Positions 38,810 through 48,228 are shown, numbered from the stretch's first letter. The stretch is DNA of 64,000 nucleotides from a virus (IMGVR_UViG_3300027721_000010:31003-95002); one strand, 5' to 3'. Numbers and translations: made by a program. Notes: generated by a model not told the origin, from the sequence alone.

Positions 38810-38846
38810 AAAATAAAAACTCCCCAGGGTAGAAACCCCAGGGAGA
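38810..38846 (-). terminator. Rho-independent terminator downstream of the 366-aa gene. On the minus-strand RNA it reads CUCCCUGGGG-UUUCUA-CCCUGGGGAG followed by UUUUUAUUUU.
   Basis: A 10-bp stem with G-U pairs and a U-run, read directly from the sequence. A second CCCTG/CAGGG hairpin lies at 38848..38872. Confidence 0.5.
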
Positions 38847-38882
38847 ACACCCTGAAAACCAACAAACAGGGTTTTTGATTAT

Positions 38883-39983
38883 TTAAAGACCGCAAGGTCC
38901 TGTAGGTGTTATACTTCCACTTCCTCCAGTTTGAACAACTGTTCCAGTTTCTGCACATATTGATATGCCACCTGAACCTACAGTTTGTGTTAAGAATTCA
39001 CCTGAGCATGCAAGCCACTCTATACTAATAGATGGACTACCCACCACATCATATTGTGTACAGTCTAAAGGAGCTTCTGTAGTGGTGGTGGTAGTTGTAG
39101 GTGGTGGCTCTGTAGTGGTTGTAGTTGTTGTAGTGGGACCTGCTTCAGTTGTAGTGGTGGTTGTTGTAGGAGGAGCTACGTCAGTAGTGGTAGTTGTAGT
39201 AGTTGGAGGTACGTCAGTTGTAGTAGTGGTAGTTGTGGGTGGTTCAAGAGTAGTTGTAGTAGTGGTAGTGGGTGGTTCAAGAGTTGTAGTTGTAGTAGTT
39301 GTAGGAGGTATTAAAGTGGTTGTAGTGGTAGTAGTTGGGGGGATAAGAGTAGTTGTAGTAGTTGTTGTTGGAGGTACACCACCTGTTGTAGTAGTTGTAG
39401 TTGTGGGAGGTGCAATTGTTGTAGTGGTAGTGGTTGTAGGTGGTGTAATCGTAGTGGTTGTTGTAGTTGTGGGACACGCTCCAAGAGTTGACAGCGTTAC
39501 ACCAGGGGTTGGTGGTACAACAACAGATCCTGTACAAGCGCACACATAAATAGTGCTAGGTCCTGCGACACATGTTTGAATGTATATTCCTCCACAAGCG
39601 TAGTAAACAATGTCAACACTTGAAACAGTGGAATTGGTTACAGAATAGAATGTACAAGAAGGACATGCTATTGTAGTGGTGGTAGTAGTAGTTGGAACTA
39701 CAGTTGTGGTGGTGCTGGTTGTTGTTGGGCAACAGTTGTTCAGAGAAGCTTGAAGAATACTAATTTGCTGCTTTAACAAACATATCTGAACATCAACCTT
39801 TTGAAACGCTACAGTTACTGTGTCACAAGTCTTGATTTGTGTACAAGGTAGATTGGGACCGCTATAAGAAACGTTATTTGTTGGTATAGGAGATGCATTA
39901 CAAGGATCACATCCACCATATCCACCACAGGGAGATGGATGTGGGGTTGGTGTGCAGCACGGGTTTGGTGGCAGGAATATCAT
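38883..39983 (-). CDS. Fibre or decoration protein of 366 aa. It has a Cys-rich N-terminus, about 12 tandem 11-aa repeats (xxPPTTTTTTT) and a C-terminal Cys module shared with the 1784-aa protein.
   Basis: ORF, a 33-bp tandem repeat in the DNA, and the shared C-terminal module. Confidence 0.55.
   Translation of the reverse strand: MIFLPPNPCCTPTPHPSPCGGYGGCDPCNASPIPTNNVSYSGPNLPCTQIKTCDTVTVAFQKVDVQICLLKQQISILQASLNNCCPTTTSTTTTVVPTTTTTTTIACPSCTFYSVTNSTVSSVDIVYYACGGIYIQTCVAGPSTIYVCACTGSVVVPPTPGVTLSTLGACPTTTTTTTITPPTTTTTTTIAPPTTTTTTTGGVPPTTTTTTTLIPPTTTTTTTLIPPTTTTTTTLEPPTTTTTTTLEPPTTTTTTTDVPPTTTTTTTDVAPPTTTTTTTEAGPTTTTTTTTEPPPTTTTTTTEAPLDCTQYDVVGSPSISIEWLACSGEFLTQTVGSGGISICAETGTVVQTGGSGSITPTGPCGL
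39079..39484. repeat. Tandem array of about 12 units of 33 bp encoding PPTTTTTTTxx (a mucin-like linker).
   Basis: The periodic repeat shows as GG(x)VVVVVVV in the plus-strand mirror ORF 38965..39549. Confidence 0.7.
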
Positions 39984-40004
39984 TTTATATAAAGAGTTTA
40001 ACTA

Positions 40005-41123
40005 TTAAGGAATGTACATGATGTAATAACATCCCAGACCAGGCTGGAAGTTGGGATGGCTCAATCCACCTCCTGCAGAAGCAACTGTGACAGTAGTGTC
40101 TACGGTGATACCAGTTTGTGCTGTGTCTACCACATCAACTCTTGCCTTGCTCTGCCAGTCGAAAACGTCAGAACCACTAGGACTAACACTATTTCCTCTA
40201 TCTCCAGTACCAGCCCACGTGTCTGGAACAAGGCTGTGGATATGTCCAGGGTCTGTTACAGTGCTTACAGCAGTGGCAGTGTGAGTGTGAGAAGGAATCT
40301 GATTGGTAGTAAGTACCACAGAGTTAGTTCCTTGTGTTCCCAACAATGCATAAGCAGGATTACCAAGAGCTGGGTCAACAGCAGGATTCAAAGCACCACC
40401 ACCCATACCAGATGTAACACCAACTGGTACACGTCCTCTTTTATCAGGAGTACCGTTGTTTCCATTACATAAGTAGATTTTCTCCCAATCAGTTCCAACA
40501 ATACCAGCACCTGTAGCATCAAAGTTACCCGTAAGACTACCATAGTATTCTACAACAGTGTTGGGCACCATTCTAGTATTATACTTGGTACCACCTCCAC
40601 TGATTGATGCTAAGTAGGCAGCAATAAGTGTATTCAGGTTTGCAATCTGTACATAGTTAGTGCTTACGTTTAGAGCAAGTGCGTCCAATTCAACCTCCAG
40701 ACCACAAATCTTAGTGATGGCTGCCTGAAGGATGGCATGTGTTCCAGAAGTGCTAGTTACACCAGTAAGACATCCTACACTGTAGGGTCCTTCCAATGCA
40801 GCAAAGTCAGCCTCTAGTTCTGTAAGACGTTCATCTAATTCACAGATGGCTTTGATAATAGCAGTGATTACATTAGGAAGACTAAGCTCTTCACAAGCAA
40901 TTAAGTTTTTCTTTACGATATCACAAATAATGGTAGGATTAATATCTAAATTAATACCTTCACCATTCAGTGTAGATGTGAGAAACGTAATCAATGCTTG
41001 CTCTACATATGAGAGCGAATCACCAGTTTTGATTCCCAAAATGGGAACATCAATCCCTGTATATCTTACGCACTGATCAGATACTATCTCTGTACATCCA
41101 TTATAGCAGTTAGAACAAGACAT
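40005..41123 (-). CDS. Tail fibre protein of 372 aa with a C-terminal phage tail-collar domain (MdpB-like).
   Basis: The C-terminal motif …WEKIYLCNGNNGTPDKRGRVPVG…GGGALNP…VVLTTNQIPSHTHTA matches the tail-collar consensus (W..C.G…LPDLRGR.P.G…LT..Q.P.HTH). Confidence 0.6.
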   Translation of the reverse strand: MSCSNCYNGCTEIVSDQCVRYTGIDVPILGIKTGDSLSYVEQALITFLTSTLNGEGINLDINPTIICDIVKKNLIACEELSLPNVITAIIKAICELDERLTELEADFAALEGPYSVGCLTGVTSTSGTHAILQAAITKICGLEVELDALALNVSTNYVQIANLNTLIAAYLASISGGGTKYNTRMVPNTVVEYYGSLTGNFDATGAGIVGTDWEKIYLCNGNNGTPDKRGRVPVGVTSGMGGGALNPAVDPALGNPAYALLGTQGTNSVVLTTNQIPSHTHTATAVSTVTDPGHIHSLVPDTWAGTGDRGNSVSPSGSDVFDWQSKARVDVVDTAQTGITVDTTVTVASAGGGLSHPNFQPGLGCYYIMYIP

Positions 41124-41390
41124 TTATCTAAATTTTAGAATTTTAACTCTGCTGGCAATCATATTTACAGTGAAGGCAGCGTTATAATTAGGATTGCAAT
41201 ACTTATAAACAAGAATCCTTCTGTAGTTAAGAAGGTCCAACATTGTTCCACCAGGAACAGGTTGGTTCAAAATAAACACAACATTGTTGTATAAATTGTT
41301 GGCCAGGTTGGCTAGCTTGCAATCAATCTCAGCAATTAGTGCTGGGATACTAGCGCACTCTGGACAATTTGTAAGCCTGGGTGATAACAT
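41124..41390 (-). CDS. Hypothetical protein of 88 aa.
   Basis: ORF with an ATG start, in operon context. Confidence 0.4.
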   Translation of the reverse strand: MLSPRLTNCPECASIPALIAEIDCKLANLANNLYNNVVFILNQPVPGGTMLDLLNYRRILVYKYCNPNYNAAFTVNMIASRVKILKFR

Positions 41391-41502
41391 TTGTTATAAT
41401 TTTTCGTCCTTGTTTAACAGCTGCATTGCAAGCTCCACAAAGACCATTAATCAATTGACATCCACACCCAACGTTAGCTCCGCAGTTTCTACACTTAGCC
41501 AT
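41353..41502 (-). CDS. Possible small Cys-rich peptide of 49 aa (MAKCRNCGANVGCGCQLINGLCGACNAAVKQGRK…). It fills the 113-nt gap and overlaps the start of the 88-aa gene in another frame.
   Basis: Hand translation of an ORF below the track threshold. The Cys spacing (CxxC…CGC…CxxC) suggests a zinc ribbon. Confidence 0.25.
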
Positions 41503-41503
41503 A

Positions 41504-42067
41504 CTAATAGAAGTTTATTACGTAGTTATTTCCAGAGCAACCGCAGTTGTTTTTGAGGAAGTTATCAAGCATTATGTCTGCCTGGTTATACAGCTTCATT
41601 GCTTCCTCTGTAGCACAGTTGTTAGCTGCGGCTATAGATCCTTGAATGAAGAAGTATATGGAAGTGAGGTCCACCTTTGCTTGTGTTTTGATAGCTCTGT
41701 CGCACTCCATCATATCAAGCTTCATGAATGCACCATCAAACTTTTCTTGTAACCTTTCAACACGCATAATTGACTTTTCTACAAAGTTGATATATGCAGG
41801 TGCTACAGAATATTTTAAATAGTACACACCATCAGGAAGTGGTTGTTCCACACCTGGTGCAGTGATGCCTAAGTTTGAAGAGTTGAAGATGTTGAAATCA
41901 TTAACACTAAAAGGTCTGTACACAATACCAAAACCAGGAACATTAATCTCAATTGTAGCTCCAGAAACAACAGGAGGGTTTGTAGGATAGACAGATGCAT
42001 CAGCAATTCCCAACGTAAGTGTGTTGTACGTAGGAATCACTAGTATGTCTAGTTTCAAGTCTGCCAT
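41504..42067 (-). CDS. Hypothetical structural protein of 187 aa.
   Basis: ORF in operon context. Confidence 0.5.
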   Translation of the reverse strand: MADLKLDILVIPTYNTLTLGIADASVYPTNPPVVSGATIEINVPGFGIVYRPFSVNDFNIFNSSNLGITAPGVEQPLPDGVYYLKYSVAPAYINFVEKSIMRVERLQEKFDGAFMKLDMMECDRAIKTQAKVDLTSIYFFIQGSIAAANNCATEEAMKLYNQADIMLDNFLKNNCGCSGNNYVINFY

Positions 42068-42083
42068 GTTGTTTTAAATAAAT

Positions 42084-42123
42084 AAGCCAGAGGATTGAGT
42101 TTTAATCCTCTCACCTCTGGCTT
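42084..42123 (-). terminator. Nested hairpin (AGCCAGAGG…GAGGATT…AATCCTC…CCTCTGGCT) followed on the minus strand by AUUUAUUUAAAA. It is an intra-operon terminator or attenuator between the 395-aa and 187-aa genes.
   Basis: Inverted repeats of 9 bp and 7 bp, read from the sequence. Confidence 0.45.
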
Positions 42124-42159
42124 AGGTTAATATAATATTTCTATGTCTCTATCCTACTA

Positions 42160-43347
42160 TTACGGAATCAAAGTTGATGTAGTAGTAGTAGAAGGCCATA
42201 CAGTGGTTGTGGTAGATGTAGTGGTGATACAAGAGTTATCAGCAGTTACAAGACCAAGACCAGCCTCAAGAACAGCTTCAATGAGTCCACCAATAGGATT
42301 AGCAGAACCATTTCCTTGTGTTTGAGGAGTAGCGATGATTACAGTGCTATCTTCAAAGATGTAGTCACCCCACTGATAAGCAGACTTATCATATGTGTTG
42401 AACTTGATGTAGTAAGTATCATAGGTAGTACCATCAGATACCCAGCTTTCAAAGTTCTCATTGTAACCACCCATTCTGTAGAGGTGCTTCAAATATCCAG
42501 CTTGGTAGCTGTAGAAGTTCTTCTCCAGTTGAGCAATCTCAGCGGATGTACCAACAGCGTAAGAAGAACGCTGTACAATCACTGGATTAGCTACAATGTT
42601 ACAATTGTCTGCTACGATGAAGTCAGCTGTGGTAGCGGGACCGCTGTACACGAATGTACGGAACCACATTCTGTCATACTCGAAGGGGAATGCTGCCACA
42701 TCACAAGGCTGACCATATTTGGTAAGAGGCTTACCAGTGATACGCAAGAAAGCGTCTTGGTCGTTACCAAGTCTCTGGAACTGATAAAAGTCAGAGAAAG
42801 TGATGTTGTCAGGGTTGTTACCAGGAGCCTGATACAAGAAGTGAAGGATGATGTCATCGATCAAAGCAGGCACATCCACAGTATCACAAGGATCACCACC
42901 ACAATCGCAACAAGGTGCATTTACAGTGATAGAACGAGTGAAACCGTTGAAGTACAGGGTATCCAAGTAGCTAGAGTGAGCACGCAAAGTGATAGTAACA
43001 ACGTCACCACACTGTACGTTCCAGTTTCCTACGTCTGTAATCTGAGTTACAGGAGTAGGGCAACCTTGCACCTTGTACCACTCAGTTACGTTGCTATTGC
43101 AACCAGATCCTGAAGGACATCCTTTAATCTTATCAGAACGCTTAGAGCCTTGCAGATAAGTGTTAGTACGGCCCTGCGCAACATAAAAATAGGGAGCAGC
43201 AGCAATGTTTGCAGCTGTGGCAAGGGTGTAGTCATTTCTGAAGATACCCACTTCGCCAGCGCTCAAGTTTTGCGTAGATCCAGAGCTAGGGAGCGCAGTT
43301 TGCCCTACTGGTACTACGAAGAGCGTAGTTAATGAAAAATCAGCCAT
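42160..43347 (-). CDS. Structural protein of 395 aa with Cys clusters and a Thr-rich C-terminus (…TTTSTTTTVWPSTTTTSTLIP).
   Basis: ORF in operon context. Confidence 0.5.
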   Translation of the reverse strand: MADFSLTTLFVVPVGQTALPSSGSTQNLSAGEVGIFRNDYTLATAANIAAAPYFYVAQGRTNTYLQGSKRSDKIKGCPSGSGCNSNVTEWYKVQGCPTPVTQITDVGNWNVQCGDVVTITLRAHSSYLDTLYFNGFTRSITVNAPCCDCGGDPCDTVDVPALIDDIILHFLYQAPGNNPDNITFSDFYQFQRLGNDQDAFLRITGKPLTKYGQPCDVAAFPFEYDRMWFRTFVYSGPATTADFIVADNCNIVANPVIVQRSSYAVGTSAEIAQLEKNFYSYQAGYLKHLYRMGGYNENFESWVSDGTTYDTYYIKFNTYDKSAYQWGDYIFEDSTVIIATPQTQGNGSANPIGGLIEAVLEAGLGLVTADNSCITTTSTTTTVWPSTTTTSTLIP

Positions 43348-43376
43348 TTTTTTTTATTTTAGGTGATTAAAAAAAT

Positions 43377-44108
43377 TTATTCGTTCGTTTGAATTCTGTA
43401 TATCGAGTTCTGTACAGCGGGTTGATTCTCAGTGTACATCGCAAGATTCTGTACTGTTAAGTCTAACAGTTCATCCTCTAGATATAGTTCAAGTTCACAG
43501 TCCTGATCGAATGATGGTTGCCCGTCTAACATGATGTATCCTGTTTTGTTTATGTATGTAGGATAGCGCATGTAGGACATATAAATCTTACTCGGAGTGA
43601 AGGTACCATCAGTGAAGATAGATACTTCATCTGTCGAAAGGAAGTTGAAAGTCTCTTGATATTCAAAGGAAGGCTTGTAGTGATCGTTGTTCAGGATGAA
43701 CTGAAGGTCACCGTGTTTAGCCAAATCTCTGTTAATCCAGATCTTTCTATCCTTACACACCCCTTTGTCAGCAAGCACATATGCATCTATATAGAACATG
43801 TACTTGGGAACAAGCAGGTGCAGATTAGCAAACCATTGATTTAGTTCAGCGTTCTTGAGAGTGAGATCAAGAGGTTGGTGATTGTAAGTTATTACCAAGC
43901 TCTGAAGGTCCTCATAACGCTTCTTAAAAGCATCGAGTCCCATTCCACCCACTACACTAAAACCATCAACCTTTTGTTTTATCAGCTTGACTTGAGCCTC
44001 GTTGAGGGCTAAAATCTTATCCTCCAGGTTGATCTGCTGATGAACATTGGTAGATAGTTTATTTAGTCGTTGGTCAATTTTGTATAATAAACTATCTACT
44101 GGTATCAT
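43377..44108 (-). CDS. Hypothetical structural protein of 243 aa.
   Basis: ORF overlapping the upstream gene by 4 nt. Confidence 0.5.
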   Translation of the reverse strand: MIPVDSLLYKIDQRLNKLSTNVHQQINLEDKILALNEAQVKLIKQKVDGFSVVGGMGLDAFKKRYEDLQSLVITYNHQPLDLTLKNAELNQWFANLHLLVPKYMFYIDAYVLADKGVCKDRKIWINRDLAKHGDLQFILNNDHYKPSFEYQETFNFLSTDEVSIFTDGTFTPSKIYMSYMRYPTYINKTGYIMLDGQPSFDQDCELELYLEDELLDLTVQNLAMYTENQPAVQNSIYRIQTNE

Positions 44109-45073
44109 AAGGCAGCTAGTTTCTTAGTTTTCAACTTGCCTTCAAGAGTCAGGAGCATGTCCTGGTTATCATCGTCAGCAAGCAGCTTAATTAAATCATC
44201 TTCGTCCTTAGCTACTTCAAATTCACCCTCATACACCTTGCCGTTAGGTCTCAGTCTGTAGATTGAGTGTGTGATTGCTTGTTTCACTAAGTCTTTGATA
44301 TGGAGTAAGTTATCCCTCATATCTGCGAAGCGTGTGAACACTTCAACAGGATTTAACCCTTGATACTTACCGTTTTTAAATTCGGTTTGTTTGAGAACAT
44401 TGTCTACAAGGTTGTAAACTGCTTCCTCTTTAGTATCATCAGTTACAGGCAATCCCAACAAGCGAGCCACTTTTCTTTTTCTATCAGGGGTCATACTGTC
44501 AAACTTGACAATAGCCTTGTTGATAAGTTGCTTTTTCTTGAACATCACTGCGTTCTCAATATCCTCATCAGCCACATAAAATTGTGTATCTGCAGGAAAT
44601 TCACCACGCTCCCAAGCTTGATAAGAGCTTGCAATTGTGGGGTGAACACGCAACCAAGAGAAAGCTAATTCCTGAAGAGGAATAGAAAGATCGAAGAAAT
44701 TATCTCCATCCAACAACTTCACAGGTTGAACATGCAACGAGTCACTTGAAGATGTAGACAATCCATAGTTCCAGAATTGAGAACGAGGACCTAAGTCAAC
44801 ATCTCCTAATGCAGCTTGAAGTTTGTCTCTCAAAGCTATTACACGCTCAGTCTCCATTTCTCTTTCAAGAGGATCAGAGATTCTGCGAATGTAGGCAGCC
44901 TCAGGATCAATTCCTGTGCGGTACTTACCATCAAGCTCTCTGTAAGGATACTTGAACACCCCTGTTCCAGGGATACGTGTTAGTCCTCTAAGAGAAAGAC
45001 CACCTTGCATTGTTTGTAACTGAGAGTTGTTATACTCTTTCTTAATAGTTGAGATTTTACCTAACTTACCCAT
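44105..45073 (-). CDS. Hypothetical head-proximal structural protein. The track ORF runs to 45151 and starts at a TTG. I prefer the ATG at 45073 (MGKLGKISTIKK…), which leaves 45074..45236 as a structured intergenic region.
   Basis: The ORF tool's first codon at 45149-45151 is TTG, and an in-frame ATG at 45071-45073 lies immediately after the hairpin cluster. Confidence 0.45.
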   Translation of the reverse strand: MGKLGKISTIKKEYNNSQLQTMQGGLSLRGLTRIPGTGVFKYPYRELDGKYRTGIDPEAAYIRRISDPLEREMETERVIALRDKLQAALGDVDLGPRSQFWNYGLSTSSSDSLHVQPVKLLDGDNFFDLSIPLQELAFSWLRVHPTIASSYQAWERGEFPADTQFYVADEDIENAVMFKKKQLINKAIVKFDSMTPDRKRKVARLLGLPVTDDTKEEAVYNLVDNVLKQTEFKNGKYQGLNPVEVFTRFADMRDNLLHIKDLVKQAITHSIYRLRPNGKVYEGEFEVAKDEDDLIKLLADDDNQDMLLTLEGKLKTKKLAAL

Positions 45074-45164
45074 ATGTAGTTTATTTATTTGGTTTATTTG
45101 CAGAGTGATTCCCATCGAAGGGAACAGCAATTGGGAGACACCCCAGTCCAATCACTCTGTAATT

Positions 45165-45200
45165 TGAGAAGAGCTCCCCCACCCTGAAGTGGGGGGCACT
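45165..45200 (-). terminator. GC-rich hairpin (CCCCCAC/GTGGGGG) with a U-rich tail on the minus strand, directly downstream of the candidate capsid gene. It is a probable partial terminator.
   Basis: Read from the sequence. A 10-bp perfect inverted repeat, cagagtgatt/aatcactctg, also sits at 45101-45110 and 45150-45159. Confidence 0.45.
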
Positions 45201-45236
45201 CTCTTCTCGGATATAGTGCAGCTATGCTGCAGCAGT

Positions 45237-46790
45237 TTAGAACTGCGGGATTTCTTCAATCAACACTGTACGAGACAGGTCTTCGATGAATACATCACAA
45301 CGGTCCTTCATCCAGATTTCGTATCCTGGGAATTTGTTCGCAGAGCTCATACCCTGAGACTTAGCAAAGCCTAAGTGGTGGCGAGTTCCATCGATATATC
45401 CCCAAGTCATAGAAGGTGCACCCTTCATACGAACTTCACGGATGTTGTTAACCATAGAACCATCAGACATTGGAGATACGTCAAACACCATGAATACAGG
45501 GGTAGACTTCTTGTTCTGACCGAATTCCAGGTTAGATTGAGGCAGGTCAAGTTCCTTCAGGTGAATCAGTTCAACACGACCAGTCTCACGAGTAACCATT
45601 GCATCGAATGCAAAGTTGTAAGTGATGTGTTGTCCTTCTCCCTGCATGTAACGGTTTCCGCTATCAGCCATGAAGGTAAGACCACTGTTCAAAGCGTCTG
45701 TCTTCAAAGCTTGTTGGAACACGTCAAAACCTGCTTCGTTTGTATACATTTTAACGCGACGATCTTTAACATCCACACGACGATAGAACAGATCACCAAA
45801 CACAGCACGGATCAAGTTCGCAGTGAACTCACCACGGTTGTACTGTACGAGGTTACCGTTGTTACGCATACGATGGTAAACACCAGCAGATGTACGCTTC
45901 AGTTCTTGCTTGCTACCGTTAGTTTTAACAGTACCAGGACGAGACCAAATCATACGCTTAACTTTCAACTCAAGCATAGATTTGCGCATCCAGAACTCAA
46001 TAAATGGCTCCCATTTAACATCGTTACGAGTTAAAGGAAGTTGGTTACGACGCTGAGGTGCATATACAAGGATATCCAGAGGACGTCCTGCAGAGTCACG
46101 CATCATTTTGTCATCAGCCCACTCAGTGATTTTGTGCTCGAAACCATATGCAGAACCCAGAGATTCAAACATAGTGATTTGCTCACCCAAACGGGGAAGA
46201 CCAAGCAGATCCTGATCGAATTCACCGATTGCAGCATCTACCAGCTCAAGCTCAATACCCACTTGCAAGAATGTAGGACTTACAAAGTCTACAGTGGGGT
46301 TGTCAGTCACAAGTGTGAAACTGTACAAGAATCCCATGTTCCAAGGAATAGGGTCCTTGATAACATAGAAGCGAGGACCATACTGACGGCTACCAACAGA
46401 AACGATTGCGTTCTTAGAGAACTCGTTTGTGTCAAGCACCAATTGGAACTCTTGACCATCGATACCAGGCTTGCTCAACTCGAGAGTAGAGTTTGGTACG
46501 TCGATGATTTTGGGGAATTTGTAGGGAACAGCTACTTGCCATTTCCAAGCATCGCTATTATTATCAATGTAATAAGGCGTGCTTTTGTTGATCATGTCAA
46601 GGAAGTCATTGCTGTACAGAGAGCTCTGTGTATAGAGACTGATGATCTTCTTGTCGTAATCAGCAGGCTCGGTTGAGTGAAAGCTCTCCAGGTGGTTAGC
46701 GTCAGTTAGCTTACCTACAGCACGCTTGTCCATAGAAGCGACACGAGCATACGTGAAGCCAGTTAGACCTGGGATTGTTTGAATTGCCAT
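45237..46790 (-). CDS. Candidate major capsid protein of 517 aa.
   Basis: Its position after the scaffold-like gene and before a strong hairpin terminator, and its size, which is typical of an HK97-fold MCP. This is inference from synteny only. Confidence 0.4.
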   Translation of the reverse strand: MAIQTIPGLTGFTYARVASMDKRAVGKLTDANHLESFHSTEPADYDKKIISLYTQSSLYSNDFLDMINKSTPYYIDNNSDAWKWQVAVPYKFPKIIDVPNSTLELSKPGIDGQEFQLVLDTNEFSKNAIVSVGSRQYGPRFYVIKDPIPWNMGFLYSFTLVTDNPTVDFVSPTFLQVGIELELVDAAIGEFDQDLLGLPRLGEQITMFESLGSAYGFEHKITEWADDKMMRDSAGRPLDILVYAPQRRNQLPLTRNDVKWEPFIEFWMRKSMLELKVKRMIWSRPGTVKTNGSKQELKRTSAGVYHRMRNNGNLVQYNRGEFTANLIRAVFGDLFYRRVDVKDRRVKMYTNEAGFDVFQQALKTDALNSGLTFMADSGNRYMQGEGQHITYNFAFDAMVTRETGRVELIHLKELDLPQSNLEFGQNKKSTPVFMVFDVSPMSDGSMVNNIREVRMKGAPSMTWGYIDGTRHHLGFAKSQGMSSANKFPGYEIWMKDRCDVFIEDLSRTVLIEEIPQF

Positions 46791-46818
46791 TTTTTATCCT
46801 TTTGTGTTTAAGAAAAAA

Positions 46819-48108
46819 TTATAAAAACCATGAATTTTGTTTAGAAGGCTGAGAGCCACCGCTAGTTGCTGACTTAGCTTTAGTCACTTGTCTAGCTACT
46901 TCCCCAAACAGCTCGTTAGATTTCTTCGTAACGCCTGTCTTTTGGATGGTAGATAGAGTGGGATCTTTTTCTAAGATCTTCAGTAGCAATGCAACCTTCA
47001 CTTTAGTTGCATGGTTTTCAGGTCTTTTCAACTCTAAGATGGTACGGTCGAAATCTGTGAGAGTTTCTCCTGATGCTGTTTTGTACTTATCTACCAGCAG
47101 GAAGTCTTGTAGTTCGTTTGCCAACTTAGGGTTGATGGGGATTCCGTCAAACTCCTTGGATTTCAGCTTATCCTGAAGGACTTGCTGAACGTTATTAACA
47201 TACTGATTCTTGACAGCTTGTTTCTGTTGTAGCTCTTGCTCAGCTCTTTGCTCCATTTGGGCAAGTTTCTGGGCTTCCTTTTTAACAAGCACTTTATGGT
47301 GCTTTGTTGCTACACTTTCCAGATCGCCATAGTTTTTAAGCCTTTCAACCTCTGTGTTGATGTCTTCAGGCTCAAACCCTTGATCAGCTAGAGCTTGTTT
47401 GATCACTGTCACTTGATTGTTCTCTTGTGACAAGTCCATTTCTGTAAAGCTCACTACGTTATCATATGTACCGAAATAGTCTTTCGGATTAACGCCTTTT
47501 ACAAATATAGCCTCGAACGCTTGTTGATAATCTTCACCAAATTGACCAATGAAGTTGTTTACCACCTCAATAGCTCCCTTTTTCTTTTCTTCTTGGAAGC
47601 GTGCTAGGAATTCTTCAGGAGTGGAGATGTTAATATCCTCTTCTTCATCATCCTGTGAAAAGACGCCTAATTTGAGGAGGTCTTTAGACAGAGCTGTGAA
47701 TTGACTCACTTGCTCTTCTTCACCACCTTCTTCAGTTGTTTCAGGAGCTTGCTCTGCAGGTTTAGCTTCAGCAGCAGGAGCTTTCTTCTTAACTGGTTGA
47801 GGATCAGCTTCTTGTGCTTCTTCCTCATCCCCAGCATTATCTCCCAGGAAGCTAGAAATAAGCTCTTGACCTGAAAGATCTTTACCATCTTCTTTAGGAA
47901 CAATATCCTTACCCTTTGGAACATCTGGTGTTTTGGGGGCTTCAGGAGGAGTGGCCTCTTTTATAATCTCCTGAATTTGATCAGGGTTGCTTGTAGAGGT
48001 TTCTGGGGACAAAAGATCATTAAGAAGTTCTGTACTACCAGGACCCATCTCCATGGTGTTCTCAATACTAAAGTTGCCAAACGATGGCGTATCAAGGTTC
48101 TCAGCCAT
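46819..48108 (-). CDS. Acidic, coiled-coil-rich protein of 429 aa, a candidate scaffolding protein.
   Basis: Its composition (E/D/K/Q-rich, with PEAPKTPDVPKGK-type low complexity) and its position between the portal-side genes and the MCP candidate. Confidence 0.3.
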   Translation of the reverse strand: MAENLDTPSFGNFSIENTMEMGPGSTELLNDLLSPETSTSNPDQIQEIIKEATPPEAPKTPDVPKGKDIVPKEDGKDLSGQELISSFLGDNAGDEEEAQEADPQPVKKKAPAAEAKPAEQAPETTEEGGEEEQVSQFTALSKDLLKLGVFSQDDEEEDINISTPEEFLARFQEEKKKGAIEVVNNFIGQFGEDYQQAFEAIFVKGVNPKDYFGTYDNVVSFTEMDLSQENNQVTVIKQALADQGFEPEDINTEVERLKNYGDLESVATKHHKVLVKKEAQKLAQMEQRAEQELQQKQAVKNQYVNNVQQVLQDKLKSKEFDGIPINPKLANELQDFLLVDKYKTASGETLTDFDRTILELKRPENHATKVKVALLLKILEKDPTLSTIQKTGVTKKSNELFGEVARQVTKAKSATSGGSQPSKQNSWFL

Positions 48109-48228
48109 ATGTAGTTGTTTTTTATTGGTTTATGAAACGTAAAAGTATATAAAGGTCATTGAATCACAAAGAGTTAGAGCATCATATTGTCCATTTTTCA
48201 GGATAATATAGCATTAATGTTTTTTGCT

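Noticed and set aside
38810-38872. A possible plus-strand terminator (CCCTG…CAGGG followed by TTTTTGATT).
   Set aside because: Nothing is transcribed on the plus strand here. The minus-strand hairpin with its U-run fits the operon direction better, although bidirectional function cannot be excluded.
38965-39549. Plus-strand poly-Val ORF (…VVVVVVVGG… repeats), and similar Val-rich ORFs at 30110..30337, 30422..30610 and 30650..30859.
   Set aside because: They are the reverse complement of the ACN-codon poly-Thr linkers in minus-strand fibre genes. Strand context and composition argue against coding.
45074-45151. The TTG-initiated 5-prime extension of the 44105..45151 ORF.
   Set aside because: The ORF tool used a TTG start. 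The extension covers the hairpin and terminator cluster after the capsid gene, and an in-frame ATG at 45073 gives a cleaner gene boundary.
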